NCBI GenBank assembly: GCA_963693365.1
Contig: CAVNZM010000001.1
Coordinates: forward strand, 7,642,907 to 7,706,906
DNA length: 64,000 nt
Origin: Amoebidium appalachense
Taxonomy: Eukaryota > Protista > Ichthyosporea
Reading direction: 5' to 3'
The notes under the pieces were generated by a model, which made no database searches, was not told the origin of the DNA, and saw only the letters and a list, made by a program, of their open reading frames with translations. Shown here in pieces: positions 27,004-54,007 of this stretch. The position numbers and the translations under genes are program-made. The stretch's first letter is position 1, and every line of letters starts with the position of its first letter.

Positions 27004-27580
27004 CAGAGCCTCGTCGACTTGACTTGACTTATATTCATAATTGCCCTCTAGGCCTCGTGACTTGATTTGACTTTAAGTCGCGACTTGTTACTATTTATAG
27101 TGCGCCTTTTTGGTTGTTGGTTGCACCCGGCCAGGGCTGTGTGTGTGCCATCACGGCGTGCTTACGCGCAGTGTGCACGTGTGCACGTGTGTGTGTGTGT
27201 GTGTTTGTGTGCAGTGTGTTGGGGGGGAGGGACACACACACACGGCACACAAACCGTGAACACACACACACACACACACACACACACGAACATATATATA
27301 TATATATATATATATATTAATACATCCACACACGTATATACATCCACACACACACAAACACACACGAACATACATGTACACACACACACACGCACGAACA
27401 TACATGAACACACACACGGCAAACACACACACACACACATACACACACACACACACACACAGACACACACACATGAACATAGTACAGTCACTGTGTCACA
27501 CACACAGTCACACAGTGTCACAGTGTCACACACACACACTCTCTCTCTCTCTCACGAACTTACATGCACACACACACACG

Positions 27581-27613
<33 letters not shown>

Positions 27614-27777
27614 TGTACACACATACACAGTGCTACACATGTACACACACACACACACGCACACTCGAGCTCTCTCACACACACACATGTACACATGTAC
27701 AATGACATTGTACATTCAATTTGTACGTACACCGTACACTAACTTTAACGTACATGTACATGCACGTACACGTACAC

Positions 27778-27836
<59 letters not shown>

Positions 27837-28003
27837 ACACGTGCGCGCACGCAAACAGACACAAGTGTACACGCACGGGCTCGCGCGCGGCAACTTAATG
27901 AATGCACACACCCACACACTAGTACTGCACACGCACACACAACACACCGTGCACGTGACACACACACACACACACGTGCACATGTCATACACGCACACAC
28001 ACA

Positions 28004-28037
<34 letters not shown>

Positions 28038-28228
28038 CCATCATCACGGCACAGATTTGCAGGCTCAGCCCCCCCCCCCCCCCCCCCCCATCTCTCCATC
28101 CCTCCCCCCCCCCCCCCCCCCCCCCCAAGTCACCCCCATGTCCTGCCTGATGACTTGACTTGACTTGGGCCAAATCATCAGGTTCATGACTTCAAGTCGC
28201 GACTCGAAGTCAAGTCGCCACCCGCCTG
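27004..28228. mobile_element. Putative hAT-like non-autonomous element filled with (CA)n
   Basis: Ends CAG......CGACTTGACTT and AAGTCAAGTCG......CTG; clusters of GACTT/AAGTC subterminal repeats and AAGTCGCGAC at both ends; no clear TSD. Confidence 0.5.
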
Positions 28229-28657
28229 CCGCCGTGCCCCGCCGCCAGCCAGTACAACTTGCCGTTTATGGCTAATTTGTGACGTCACGGAGAACAACAA
28301 ACAAACGAACGACCAGCTGGCAAACAATTGCAAAAGCCAAAAAGTTGAGTGTGTCACGTACAGAGTCACGTACGCGTATATACGCCCCGTTCTGTTGGCA
28401 TCGATTGGTCCGTCCTTAAGTTCACTTTAAGAACCCTCCGTAGGCCTCAGTGTACTCTCAGGCGCACTAGTGCGCAGACATCGCGTGTTTACTGGTTTAT
28501 GGCAAGCACCACGGCACTCTTAACTTGGCAGGGTAGATCTTGAAACATTTGCTTGTCCTTTTTACGTTGTTGGCTCCTTCGACCTCACATGCACGCCACA
28601 GGAAGATCTACTATAACAGAACACTTGACTTGTACGTCTTCATTCCTCCGCACGAAA

Positions 28658-43304
<14,647 letters not shown>

Positions 43305-44148
43305 GCATCTCGACCACGCAGTGGATAAGGCGAATTGGAATTTGTTTTATGTTTTTCCCCCTACCAATATCAGTTCCGTTAAGTACGCGCGCCGCAGACT
43401 GCCGAAACATATTGCACGAGGTGCAAAGACAGATGGCCAACAAGTTAAACGAAGCAAGTATGTTTTAAAAGTTAAAAAATTGTGTGTTAAATATGCATTG
43501 ATTATGATGCATTGAAATCGAACCGTAGTACCTTGGTTATGGCACGTCAAAGTCACTGTGACAAACGGGGCGGAGGATTTACCGTTTCCGAAGTTGTGTG
43601 TACCTATAGCTCTCTGTTTTGCTTTTTCTTTTTTGACTTGGGCAGGTCGGAATAGTTTGTCATTTTTAATAATCATGACAACCCTTCTTTTCGAATTTGC
43701 TTTTGCTTCGAAGTGGCTTCCAGAAGTTATATTACGATATTCATTTATAATCAGTTGTGATGTTAACGGTCAACGTGCGAGTGTTGGAAGAAAACACACT
43801 CCCACACAGCCCAAGAGCAAAAGCGTAACCCCCCCCCCCCCCCCCCCCCCCCGCCCCCGCCCGGCGCGCGCGCACACACACACGCACACACACTGTACAT
43901 GTGATACACACACAGACACTGTGACACACACTTCCAGGAACAACACAATGCAGAAGTTGCAGGGTGGGGACGTTCTTTTTTTTTTTTTTTTTTTTCCCGG
44001 TGGTCACCGTGGTGGTAGTGGTGGGTTGGGGGGGGGGGGGGTTGCCATGTGCACGTTTTTCTTGGGGCTGCGGGTTGGCAGGCGGGCTGGCCGTGGGCGG
44101 AGGGGGAGGGCCTTGGGGTGGGGTGGGTGGGTGGGTGGGGCTTTTTTT

Positions 44149-44187
<39 letters not shown>

Positions 44188-44314
44188 GAGGGGGAGAACT
44201 TCAAGGTGATCATCATTGAATTCACACGTAAACAACTTGTAAACACGACAAAATATTTTAGTACGACTAAGTCTTGTGCAGAGTACATGACACGTGTGTG
44301 TGTGCGTGTGCGTG

Positions 44315-44359
<45 letters not shown>

Positions 44360-44397
44360 TGTGTTTGTGTGTGTGTGTGTGTGCACGTGTGTGTGTG

Positions 44398-45010
44398 TTT
44401 TTATTTTTTTTATTTTTTTTTATTTTTTTTTATTTTTTTTTTATTTTATCCCGTTTCACTCCCGGCGAGGCACTGCCTCAGGGGAGCTTACCGTCTTCCG
44501 CCTAGACACAGATCGTACTGTATAGCACACTCATAAGTCAGGATTCTAATTGACCCCAACTGGCACTATTTTTAGTTACGCCTTATCCCACGGTTCTAGC
44601 CGCAGCAACGCTAGTGGGGAAGTGAGCACAGCTCACTTTAACAACACCAGCCGGGAGCGACCCGGGACACATACACAAACATAAAGACTTGAAAGGGGAA
44701 GACCCCATGCCCAGGACGCTGACCCGAACCGTGGCCGGTGACTCGGATTGGTCTCCCACTTGAACGTTGGGCTGGGATGCCCAAGCGGCGCGCCGTCGAC
44801 GTCAGAGGGCCGGTGCTGTTCATGACGTCATGTCTTGCGGCCGGATGATAACAAATTGGTGGTGCTGCTTGACGTGGTCTGGGGTGATGGCTTCTAGGGG
44901 GCGGCCAGACCGGTGGACCGTCGAGGCAGAAAAATCGGAAGTAACCAGGATCGATCCTGCGACTTTGAGCTTGACACGCAGAGATCTTACCATTGCACCA
45001 ACCCGCCCCC
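44398..45010 (-). mobile_element. tRNA-derived SINE
   Basis: Minus strand begins GGGCGGGTTGGTGCAATGGTAAG (A-box-like) ... GGATCGATCC (B-box-like), has a ~500-bp body and ends in an A-rich (TAAAAAAA)n tail; its 3' end recurs at 50326-50465. Confidence 0.7.
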
Positions 45011-45148
45011 CGCACGTGTGTGTGTGTGTGTGTGTGTATGTGTGCGTGTGTGTGTGTCACGGTACCGGTGTATGCGTGCGTGTCACGGCAGCTTGTGCGT
45101 GTGTATGTGGCCCGGCATGCCCGGGGCGGGGCCTGCCAAAGAGAGAGA

Positions 45149-45190
<42 letters not shown>

Positions 45191-45557
45191 AAACCATAGC
45201 TGGTTCATGTAAACCGTTGAAGACCAGATCCATGAGCTCTCCGCCAGCGGCCGGCGCCCGGGCCCCGGAGCCTAACTGAATTCAATTTCAGCGCGGAACT
45301 TGAAGATCGTGCAGCTACGCAGCAGCCCGCCGCTTGTAAAAATTTCGACGTTCTAGACTCCTCAGTGCAGCTGCAGCTGCTGTTGCAACTTGCAATATGG
45401 TTGCTTAGCATGTACATATGTCTCTAGCTGCATTGATTGGCTGTGCTGGAAAACGCAGTAGGCCGTCGAGTGAGGCTGGGCCCCCGACATTGTCCACAGC
45501 AATAAATAGTGTGTAAACCCCCCAATGTGAAACTGAACTTTTTGATACGCATATGCA

Positions 45558-45861
45558 AATAGGCTAAAAGCGGCTTCCCGGCACTCTGATGTCCAAGAAA
45601 TGAATATACAGGCCTGTTTGGCCATGAAAAAGGGGCGGACACCCAATATTGCTATACAAATAACGTGTTGCTGTATTTGCGGAAACCTCAGAAAGAGTAA
45701 ATCTTGCAGCCATCATGATGCTAATAATAGGTCTTTCGAACTGAAACGAAATTTTGCTTCGCCCGGAAGTAAATCAGACCGCCAATTACATAATTGTAGC
45801 GCAACGGCTAACGATCCTCCCAACCTTTGGAAATGACGTCATCTGAGCGTTTAGCCCTATT
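45558..45861. mobile_element. Possible MITE
   Basis: Short terminal IR AATAGG(G)CTAAA...TTTAGCCCTATT; no second copy in the window. Confidence 0.3.
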
Positions 45862-46996
45862 GGACATTGGTTAATCGAGCATAACTTATTTTTGGGACTG
45901 GCTGAGTTTGTAGCGATGTTATCACCCCTCAAGAGCGCTTTTTCTGGCTGTTATCTATATATTTCCTGAAAAGGCTTGTAATTTTTACTATATTGTTTTG
46001 TAGAAATAATAGACCTGCGGGCAGCGCTGCAGCCTAAAAAGTTATAACCAGCAAGGGGACAAAACTAATTATTTATGAAATAGTTGGCTAATTTTTGAAT
46101 GGGTAACACCTGCCATCATGCTGGTCGATCGAATGAATATTTCCGAACATTTATTGAACTTAGCCACGCTGTCTCCCTGCGGCCTCTCTAACATACCTTA
46201 TATGTTGCCGCAAGCGTAATAGCTAGCGGTTTGGACATGGTCATATGAAAACTGGAGGCCCTCCAGACTATAATCAACCTAGCTCAAAGATGTCCCTCTA
46301 TCTATGGCACATTCGGCTGTTTTTGCCAAGGCTAAAAGGGCACAGCCACATCAAGTGTAAGCCTTGGATGTTGGAGACTACACCACCATCAGCTTAGCAG
46401 CTGGCATCCTGACATGGCCGCAATCCATTACAACTATTGTAGCTTGTCTTGCGTGTTTGTAGTGTAGCGTGTTCGGCACGCCAATAATTTCAGGCCCGAC
46501 CATAACCCCGTTTTTACGGTTAAAAATACCCTAAACTTTTCGAAAATACCATCAAATTTTCAGTTTCGCACTGCAAGTTTCTACATCTCCCCCTCCCCCT
46601 CCCCCCTCCCCCTTCCCCCCGTCTCCTTCTCCCGTCCCCTTCACTCCACCGCACTTTGTGCACCCAAGGGCCTGCTTGCTCCAATGAATCGTTTGGACTG
46701 AAGGCACCTCATCGTTTAACCCCCCCCCCCCCCCCCTCCCCCCTCCCCCCCTTCTCCCCCTATCCCACCTCACCTCACCGGGACCCCCCCTCTTGCTTCT
46801 CCCTCTTCAATTTTGTCCCACCATGCCACCATGGCTGTTTGCTATGACTCTCCCCCCCCCTCCCCCCCCCCCCCCCCCCCCCCCCCCTCCCCTCCGCTGC
46901 CACACAATAATTATCCCGCCTTCGTTTGCACACCCACACACACACACACACTCGCCATTGCACCCGCTAAACAACCAAAAACTCTGGCATGTACAG

Positions 46997-47669
46997 ACGC
47001 CAACAAGTGCACGGCCAACACGCACAACTGCGCCACCACTGCCACCTGCACCAACACGGCCGGCTCCTTCACCTGCGCCTGCAACAGTGGCTACAATGGC
47101 ACCGGCACAACCTGTGCAGGTAGGAATACACATCCAGAAAAAGATCCCTTCCCTCTACCCCAAGTAGTAAGTAAACCTTCCAAGTTTCGAACTCACATTT
47201 TCGCCTGCAACGTTAGCATGTTGGATGTGACTTTCAGAAGAGTGCTGGCTGTTAACTAAACGCTAACAGTACCCAAGAAAGGGTCCAGCCAACCTAGATT
47301 GTGTTTGTAGGCACACACGGTAAGTTATTTGGTCCATTGATGCTCGCCATGTCATATGTTTCATTATTGGGAGCCTCCCCTCCCTCTAGAGCCTCCCCTT
47401 CCAACCTTCCGAAGCGCTCTCCCTCTATTCCCATCTGACCACCCTTTTTCACCCCAAACAGACACCAACGAGTGCACGACCAACACGCACAACTGCGCCA
47501 CCACTGTCACCTGCACCAACACGGCCGGCTCCTTCACCTGCGCCTGCAAGAGCGGCTACAACGGAACCGGCATAATCTGTGCAGGTAGGAATACCCCCAA
47601 AATTCACTCCCGTCTTGCCTCTACATTGCCTATCAAACACCCTTTCCTGTCTCCCTCCCACTCCATCAT

Positions 47670-47700
<31 letters not shown>

Positions 47701-48421
47701 TCCGCCCTTCCTGCTCTACTTACGATGCATACCCTTTGTGTGTGCTTTGTTAAATCTGCATTGTGTTGTCGTTATGAATGTTTACGATCGCACTCTGTAA
47801 CCCATTCCAAACCCCCTTCCCTTTTTTTCCTCTTCTCCGTCATCTTCTTACTCCCCCCTTCCCCCCCCCCCCCCCCCCCTTCCTCCCGCGCTCATCCCCC
47901 TTCTCCTTCTCACACCCACAGACGCCAACGAGTGCACGGCCAACGCGCACAACTGCGCCACCACTGCCACCTGCACCAACACGGCCGGCTCCTTCACCTG
48001 CGCCTGCAACAGCGGCTACAATGGCACCGGCACAACCTGTGCAGGTAAGATCACACATCCCCGCCCTCCCTCCCTCCCCCCTCCCCCCTTCCTCCCCACA
48101 AAAATAAAAAAGTAAAACTACTAAGTCCCCTCCCTCTACCCCTTAGTAGCCAACCTTCCAAGGTTTGAAGTCGCCTTTTTGCTTGCAACATAAGAACGTT
48201 GGGTGTGACTTTCAGCAATGTGCTGCTGCTAAGTAGTAACTGTACCTGAGCCTTAGCGACGTTCCAGCCCGCCTACATATGTAGGTTGTATCTGTAGGCA
48301 CCAACTTAAGTTGTTTGGTCCGTCGATGGCCGATGTCCCCCCTTCTCTCTCTCACTCCCCCCTCCCCCCCCCCTCCTCCTCCTCCTCCTCTTCTCTGTCA
48401 CTCCCTCCTCCTGTCCCTCCC

Positions 48422-48455
<34 letters not shown>

Positions 48456-51400
48456 ACCCCCCCCCCTCCGCCCCCCCAAAAAAATAAAAAAAAATCCGAA
48501 GCGCTCCCCCTCTTTTCTCATCTTAACCACACCCCTTACCCCAACAGATAGAAACGAGTGCACGGCCAACACACACACCTGCGCCACCACTGCCACCTGC
48601 ACCAACACGGCCGGCTCCTTCACCTGCGCCTGCAACAGTGCCTACGCTGGCACCGGCACAACTTGCGCAGGTAGGAACACACATGTTCTACAGAATACTT
48701 AACTTATAGTCTATTTTTTTTTCATGGTTTTCCCAGGGTCAGACGTCGGGGCAAAATCCGGGTCATTTGACACCCTTCGAAATCCCGGTCGTAACAATTG
48801 ACATTCAATCAATGCCCCTTTTTGATCGTATTATGGGCTTTTGCTAATTGTGAATATGACACTTTTGAATGGTACCGCAAGTTCCTTCTCCCGCCCACTT
48901 CACTCCACCCCACTTTGTGCACCTAAGGCCTACTACTGGCTCCAATGAACCGTCTTGGCTAATGCACCTCATCTTCCTAACACTCCCCCCCCCCTCATTT
49001 TCTACGTCACGTTCTCCTCACGCCCTCTTGCCTCTCCCTCAGTCTGAATCATAGACTACCATCCCCCCTCCCCCTCCCCCCCCCCCCCCCCCTCCCCCCC
49101 CCTCCTCGGGCACAAAAAAGTTATCCCGCCTTCCTTCCACACCCATACCCTGCCACACACACTCCCCATTGCACTCGCTAAACAAAAAGCCTTCATCTAA
49201 ACAGACGCCAACGAGTGCACGGCCGACACGCACAACTGCGCCACCACTGCCACCTGCACCAATACGATTGGCTCCTTCACCTGCGCCTGCAACAGTGGCT
49301 ACAACGGCACCGGCATAACCTGTGCAGGTAAGATCACCCCTTCCCACCAGGAAAAAAAAAAAAAAACAGGTCCCTTTCCTCTGTCTAAACCTTTTTAAGT
49401 TTCGAACTCGCATTTTCGCCCTGGCATGTTAGATGTGACTCTCAGAAAGGTGCTGGCTGCTAACTGAACACTGAACAGTACCCGGGAAGGTTCCAGTCAA
49501 CCTAGGTTGTGTTTGTAGGCACACTGTAAGTTGTTTCGTCCATTGATGCTTGCTATGTCATATGTTTCATTATTGCCCTCCCCAAAGAACCCCCCCTCCT
49601 CCCACCCACCCTTCCGAAGTGCTCTCCCTCTATTCCCACCTGAACCACCCCCTTCACCCCAACAGACACCAACGAGTGCACGGCCAACACGCACAACTGC
49701 GACACCACTGCCACCTGCACCAACACGGCCAACTCCTTTACCTGCTTCTGCAATAGTGGCTACACTGGCACCGGAACAACATGTGCAGGTAAGATCACAC
49801 ACATTCTACAGAGCGCTTCGATATATTCCTCCTTTTTTTTTTTGATTTTATAATAGAGTATTCTGTATTCGAGGTTTTGCCAGCGTCAGGCATGTTTGAA
49901 ATCCGGGCAGACTTCGGGGAGTTTGACATCCTTCCTGGTCGTAATAATTGACTGAATAATTGAACTTCCTCTTTTTAATCGCACTGTGGACTTCCGCTAA
50001 TCACAAATGTACCCCATTTTCTTAACATTCTCCCGCCCAACCTCTCCCAGCCCGTGCCGCACAAATATCCCGCCTTTCTTCACCCACCTGCACCCCATTA
50101 CACACACTCGCCATCACACCTGCTAAACAACCATAAACCTCAACCTAACGCCAACGAGTGCACGGCCAACACGCACAACTGCGCCACCACTGCCACCTGC
50201 ACCAACACGGCCGGCTCCTTCACCTGAGCCTGCAACAGCGGCTACACCGGCACCGGCACAACTTGCGCAGGTAGGATTACACGTTTCCCTTCCCCCCCTC
50301 TTCTTTACAGTGTCACCACCCTTTCCTCTTTTTTTATTTTTATTTTTTATTTTATACCGTTTTGTTCCCGGAGGGACCTCTTGGGCCCTCAGGGGGAACT
50401 ACCGTCTTCCACCCAGCACCGAAGGTACTCTAGCTAGGGTGCTCCGGTATTTTTAGCTAAACCACCCTTTCCTCTCACTCTCTGCCCTATACACACACAC
50501 ACTGAAATGTGTTCACAGGTCGTGAACTTGCTTCACTGATTGTGGGCTAAATTCCCCCTGACCCAATTCCTACCCATCCCGAAGCTTCACCTGTCCCCCC
50601 TCTGCCCTTACTGCCGCAACATTCCCCCTTTTTCTCCCGTCCAGCTCACTCTCTTTTTTCTTCGCTGTTTTGTAAGAAAGAGAAGTTGGGGGAGGGGGGC
50701 GAGGAACACACACACACGACCACCCCCCCCCCCCCCCCCCCCCCCCCTCACACACACACACAAACACACCCTTGCCCTTGTCCTTTTCCTTACCCTTTCC
50801 CTTCACCCTTTCCCTTTTCCTTTGCCTTTGAACTCCAACACTCACCCATGCCCACCCACACACACAGCAAGTTCCAGTGGGGGTTTTACGGCTGCAAATG
50901 TGGTCACCACCACCACCACCACCACCACGACGGCAAGCTCTGCAGCCGCCGCCACCACCACCACCACCTCCGTTATACAGGGCCCCTTCTCCACCACCCA
51001 ACCTTTCACACTGTACGTGCGAAATGTTAACAGCCCAGAGGGTGACTTTACCCCGCTCGCACGGACAATTTTCGCAAATTCGCTGACCTCATCCCAAGAC
51101 GGTGGCTATTGTCTGATGGCCAAGATGCCGCAGACACAGCTAACGACCATCTTTAACTGCAACCACCCCCAGTCGTCAGTCGTTATGAGCTACGACGGCG
51201 CGTCGACTTTAACGATTAAAGGTCTGTTCACGGGGTGCCCCAGCGTTTTCACCGATCAGGAGTGTGCCTTTTCCACTTCCAAACTTGGCGGCGCTGGCAC
51301 GTGCACCGTCAATTTTTCGTACCCTGTTAAGGGGATAAACGGGTCGTTAGTATGCGACGGATCAGGCTCGAATTTCGGGGGGGGAACCATTGATTGTGTG

Positions 51401-51550
51401 GGGGAGACGGCGACGTTTGGCGGCAAGCTGAGCACGTCTATGATTGGTTTATACGGGGTGCCGGCTTCATTCCACGTAGCCAATCGGACGTTCGATAAGG
51501 GGCAGAACGGACATGGGTGGGTGGTGCACTCGGAGGATATGCTCGGCTGA
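46997..51550 (+). CDS. Tandem calcium-binding-type EGF repeat protein with Thr-rich linker and Cys-rich C-terminal domain; 5' exon not found
   Basis: Six intact 123-bp phase-1 exons (46997-47119, 47462-47584, 47922-48044, 48548-48670, 49205-49327, 49666-49788) encode D.NECTANTHNCATTATCTNTAGSFTCACNSGY.GTG..CA; terminal exon 50868-51550 is in the same phase. Confidence 0.85.
50148..50270 (+). pseudogene. Dead seventh EGF exon
   Basis: Same 123-bp unit, but the acceptor AG is missing (CCTA|ACGCC versus CTAAACAG|ACGCC) and TGC is changed to TGA at 50225-50227. Confidence 0.85.
50326..50465 (-). mobile_element. Truncated 3' end related to the SINE at 44398
   Basis: T-rich tail followed by CCGTTT..TCCCGG...CCTCAGGGG..TACCGTCTTCC..GTACT.TAGC...TATTTTTAG, as at 44445-44580. 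Confidence 0.7.
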
Positions 51551-52807
51551 GACTGGATGTTTACGATTAGCGATAAGTGAAAAAACGGTGTAATGTTTAC
51601 GATTAGTGATAAGTGAAAAAAAAACTGTGTGACACATGTCCTATGTTTGCTGCGTGACGTAATTGGCTTCAGCGGAATCGGCCCCGTATTTAGATATTGT
51701 GTAATTGCCATAAAAGGGAACCCGGGATAAATGCGGGCATATAGAGACGTTAATACAACGGGATGTGAGATGCTGTCCAACAGTTGTGTTCACATGTCGT
51801 CATGGGATCGAGCCAAAGGTACATATCATATAGCTAATATGAATGTTTTGATATAGCTCTGTGTGCAGTGATGAGATAAGCAATGGCGATTTCATTCTTG
51901 ATACATTTCTAACCCTAATTGAGCATTGGTGCAACCAGCAACCAATGCATGTAGACCGATGTTTTACAAATAAAAAGACCAAAGAAATAAACATTAGTTT
52001 CGATAGCAAACGACTTTATCAGCCCCCCTCCCCCTCCCCCCCCCCCCCCCCCCCCCCCCCCCTCCCTGCGTTCCCCCGCCTCTCAAAAGCCACCTCTCAA
52101 AAAAATTTTTTTTAAAAAAAACACGAGTTCACACAAACACTGCGACCTGCCCTCTGTTGCTTCTGTTGCTAAGAAAGATCCCATTTAACGGCATCCGCCT
52201 GTGTGGGCGGAATTCTGAAATGATTTTCAATCCCCAGCCAAGTTAATAAGTTTGCTGAGCTGCCGAGAGGCTAGGAGATGGTCGCTGGGAAAATGGTTGT
52301 CTTTAAAGTTTTCAACCCGAACAATCGATATCAACAAAACGGGCGGGCGGGCGGGCGGACGGCTGGGGGGTGGTGGTAGTGGTGGTTGGGGGGGGGGGGG
52401 GGGGGTCACAGGAGATTTTGCACTGGCAATTGGCCGTCTCAAAGTATATTAGCCTAACCGGTTACCCCCCTTTAAATGATGGATTTTATTCAAATCGCGA
52501 TCGGGGAATCAGACAGGGCTAAGAATGGACATAGGGCTGAATATGGATATTTAGTACAGTTGCTATAGACACAACGTACAACAAGATAGTCGCTGAGATT
52601 AACCGCATACCCCACGAGATCTACCGAAACGAAAATTCCTACCGTACTCCTTCTGTAAGTGCCTGCAACCAAACAAAAACTTGAACAGTCAATTGCTACC
52701 ACATGTTGTCAACACAAACACATATCTCATATAAGCAAAACCAACCGGTAACTGTACATATGCGGAATTCGAATGAGGCTCCACACATCCTGTAACAGTT
52801 CAAATTC

Positions 52808-53199
52808 TCATGCCACCAGCGCAAGGTTAGGGTTGCTCTTCCAAAAACGAACCCTTTTCTTCACCTCCTCCGGCAAGCACGCATGCAACCCCCTGCCCAC
52901 AAACAGAGTCTTCAATGACTTGCAGCAAACAAGAGGCGTAACATCAGTCACCAAGGTGCGACATAAATTCAGCGTTTCGAGATTTTCACACGTGGAAAGT
53001 GGTCGAATGTCGTGGACTGGCGTGGAACGTAGGCTCAGAACACGGAGAGAAGGGTGGCATGTGAGCGGGGAGATGTCTTTCACACGTGTGAGTGTGAGCC
53101 AGAGGATATGAAGGGAGGGGCAGTGGGCAAGGGGGCTGATGTCGCTGACTTTTGTCTGTTCGAGGTCAACGGTGTGCAAGTGCGCACACCAGGACAGCG

Positions 53200-53247
<48 letters not shown>

Positions 53248-53305
53248 ACGCACGTGCGAGAACATGTGTTTGTGCGTGTGTATGTGTCCTGTGTAGAATT
53301 GGCCG

Positions 53306-53373
<68 letters not shown>

Positions 53374-53910
53374 TGGTTAGATAATGGAAAGACAGTGTTG
53401 TTGAAAGAGGGCAAAAATGTAAACACCAAATGACTAGCATTAATAAACGACAACTAAAACGTCCTCCCATAAGATCATGACCTTTCCCTGCGTACACATA
53501 CCAGAACACCCCGGTCCTCAACCCTGTATATCCGCTCTTCCCCCCCTCCCCCCCCCCCCCCCCCCAAAAAAAAAAAAAACAACAACAAAACAACAACAAT
53601 CAGGATAAACTATACGGAAGAAAGTAATGAGAATGATACGCACAAAAGGGGAGAGAGACAAACACTGTGTGGTAATCATGCAACGAGAAAAAAGGAAAAG
53701 TTCTACGTAACTGCCCTGACCACCTGTGTCCATAGAACCAAGAACACCAGAGGTGTAAACATGCAGCCTCTCCCATTCCTGTTTTAAGATTCACGATAGA
53801 AACAACGTCTTGTAGAACATAAAAAATGAAGAAGAATGCCCCCCCCCCCCCCCTCCCCCCCCCCCCCACAAAAAAACAAAAACAAAAAAAACACACATAC
53901 ACACCGCACG

Positions 53911-54007
<97 letters not shown>

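Noticed and set aside
46997-50270. EGF units as mutually exclusive (Dscam-like) exons
   Set aside because: The exons are symmetric phase-1, 123 bp and can all be joined in frame; no docking or selector sequence was seen
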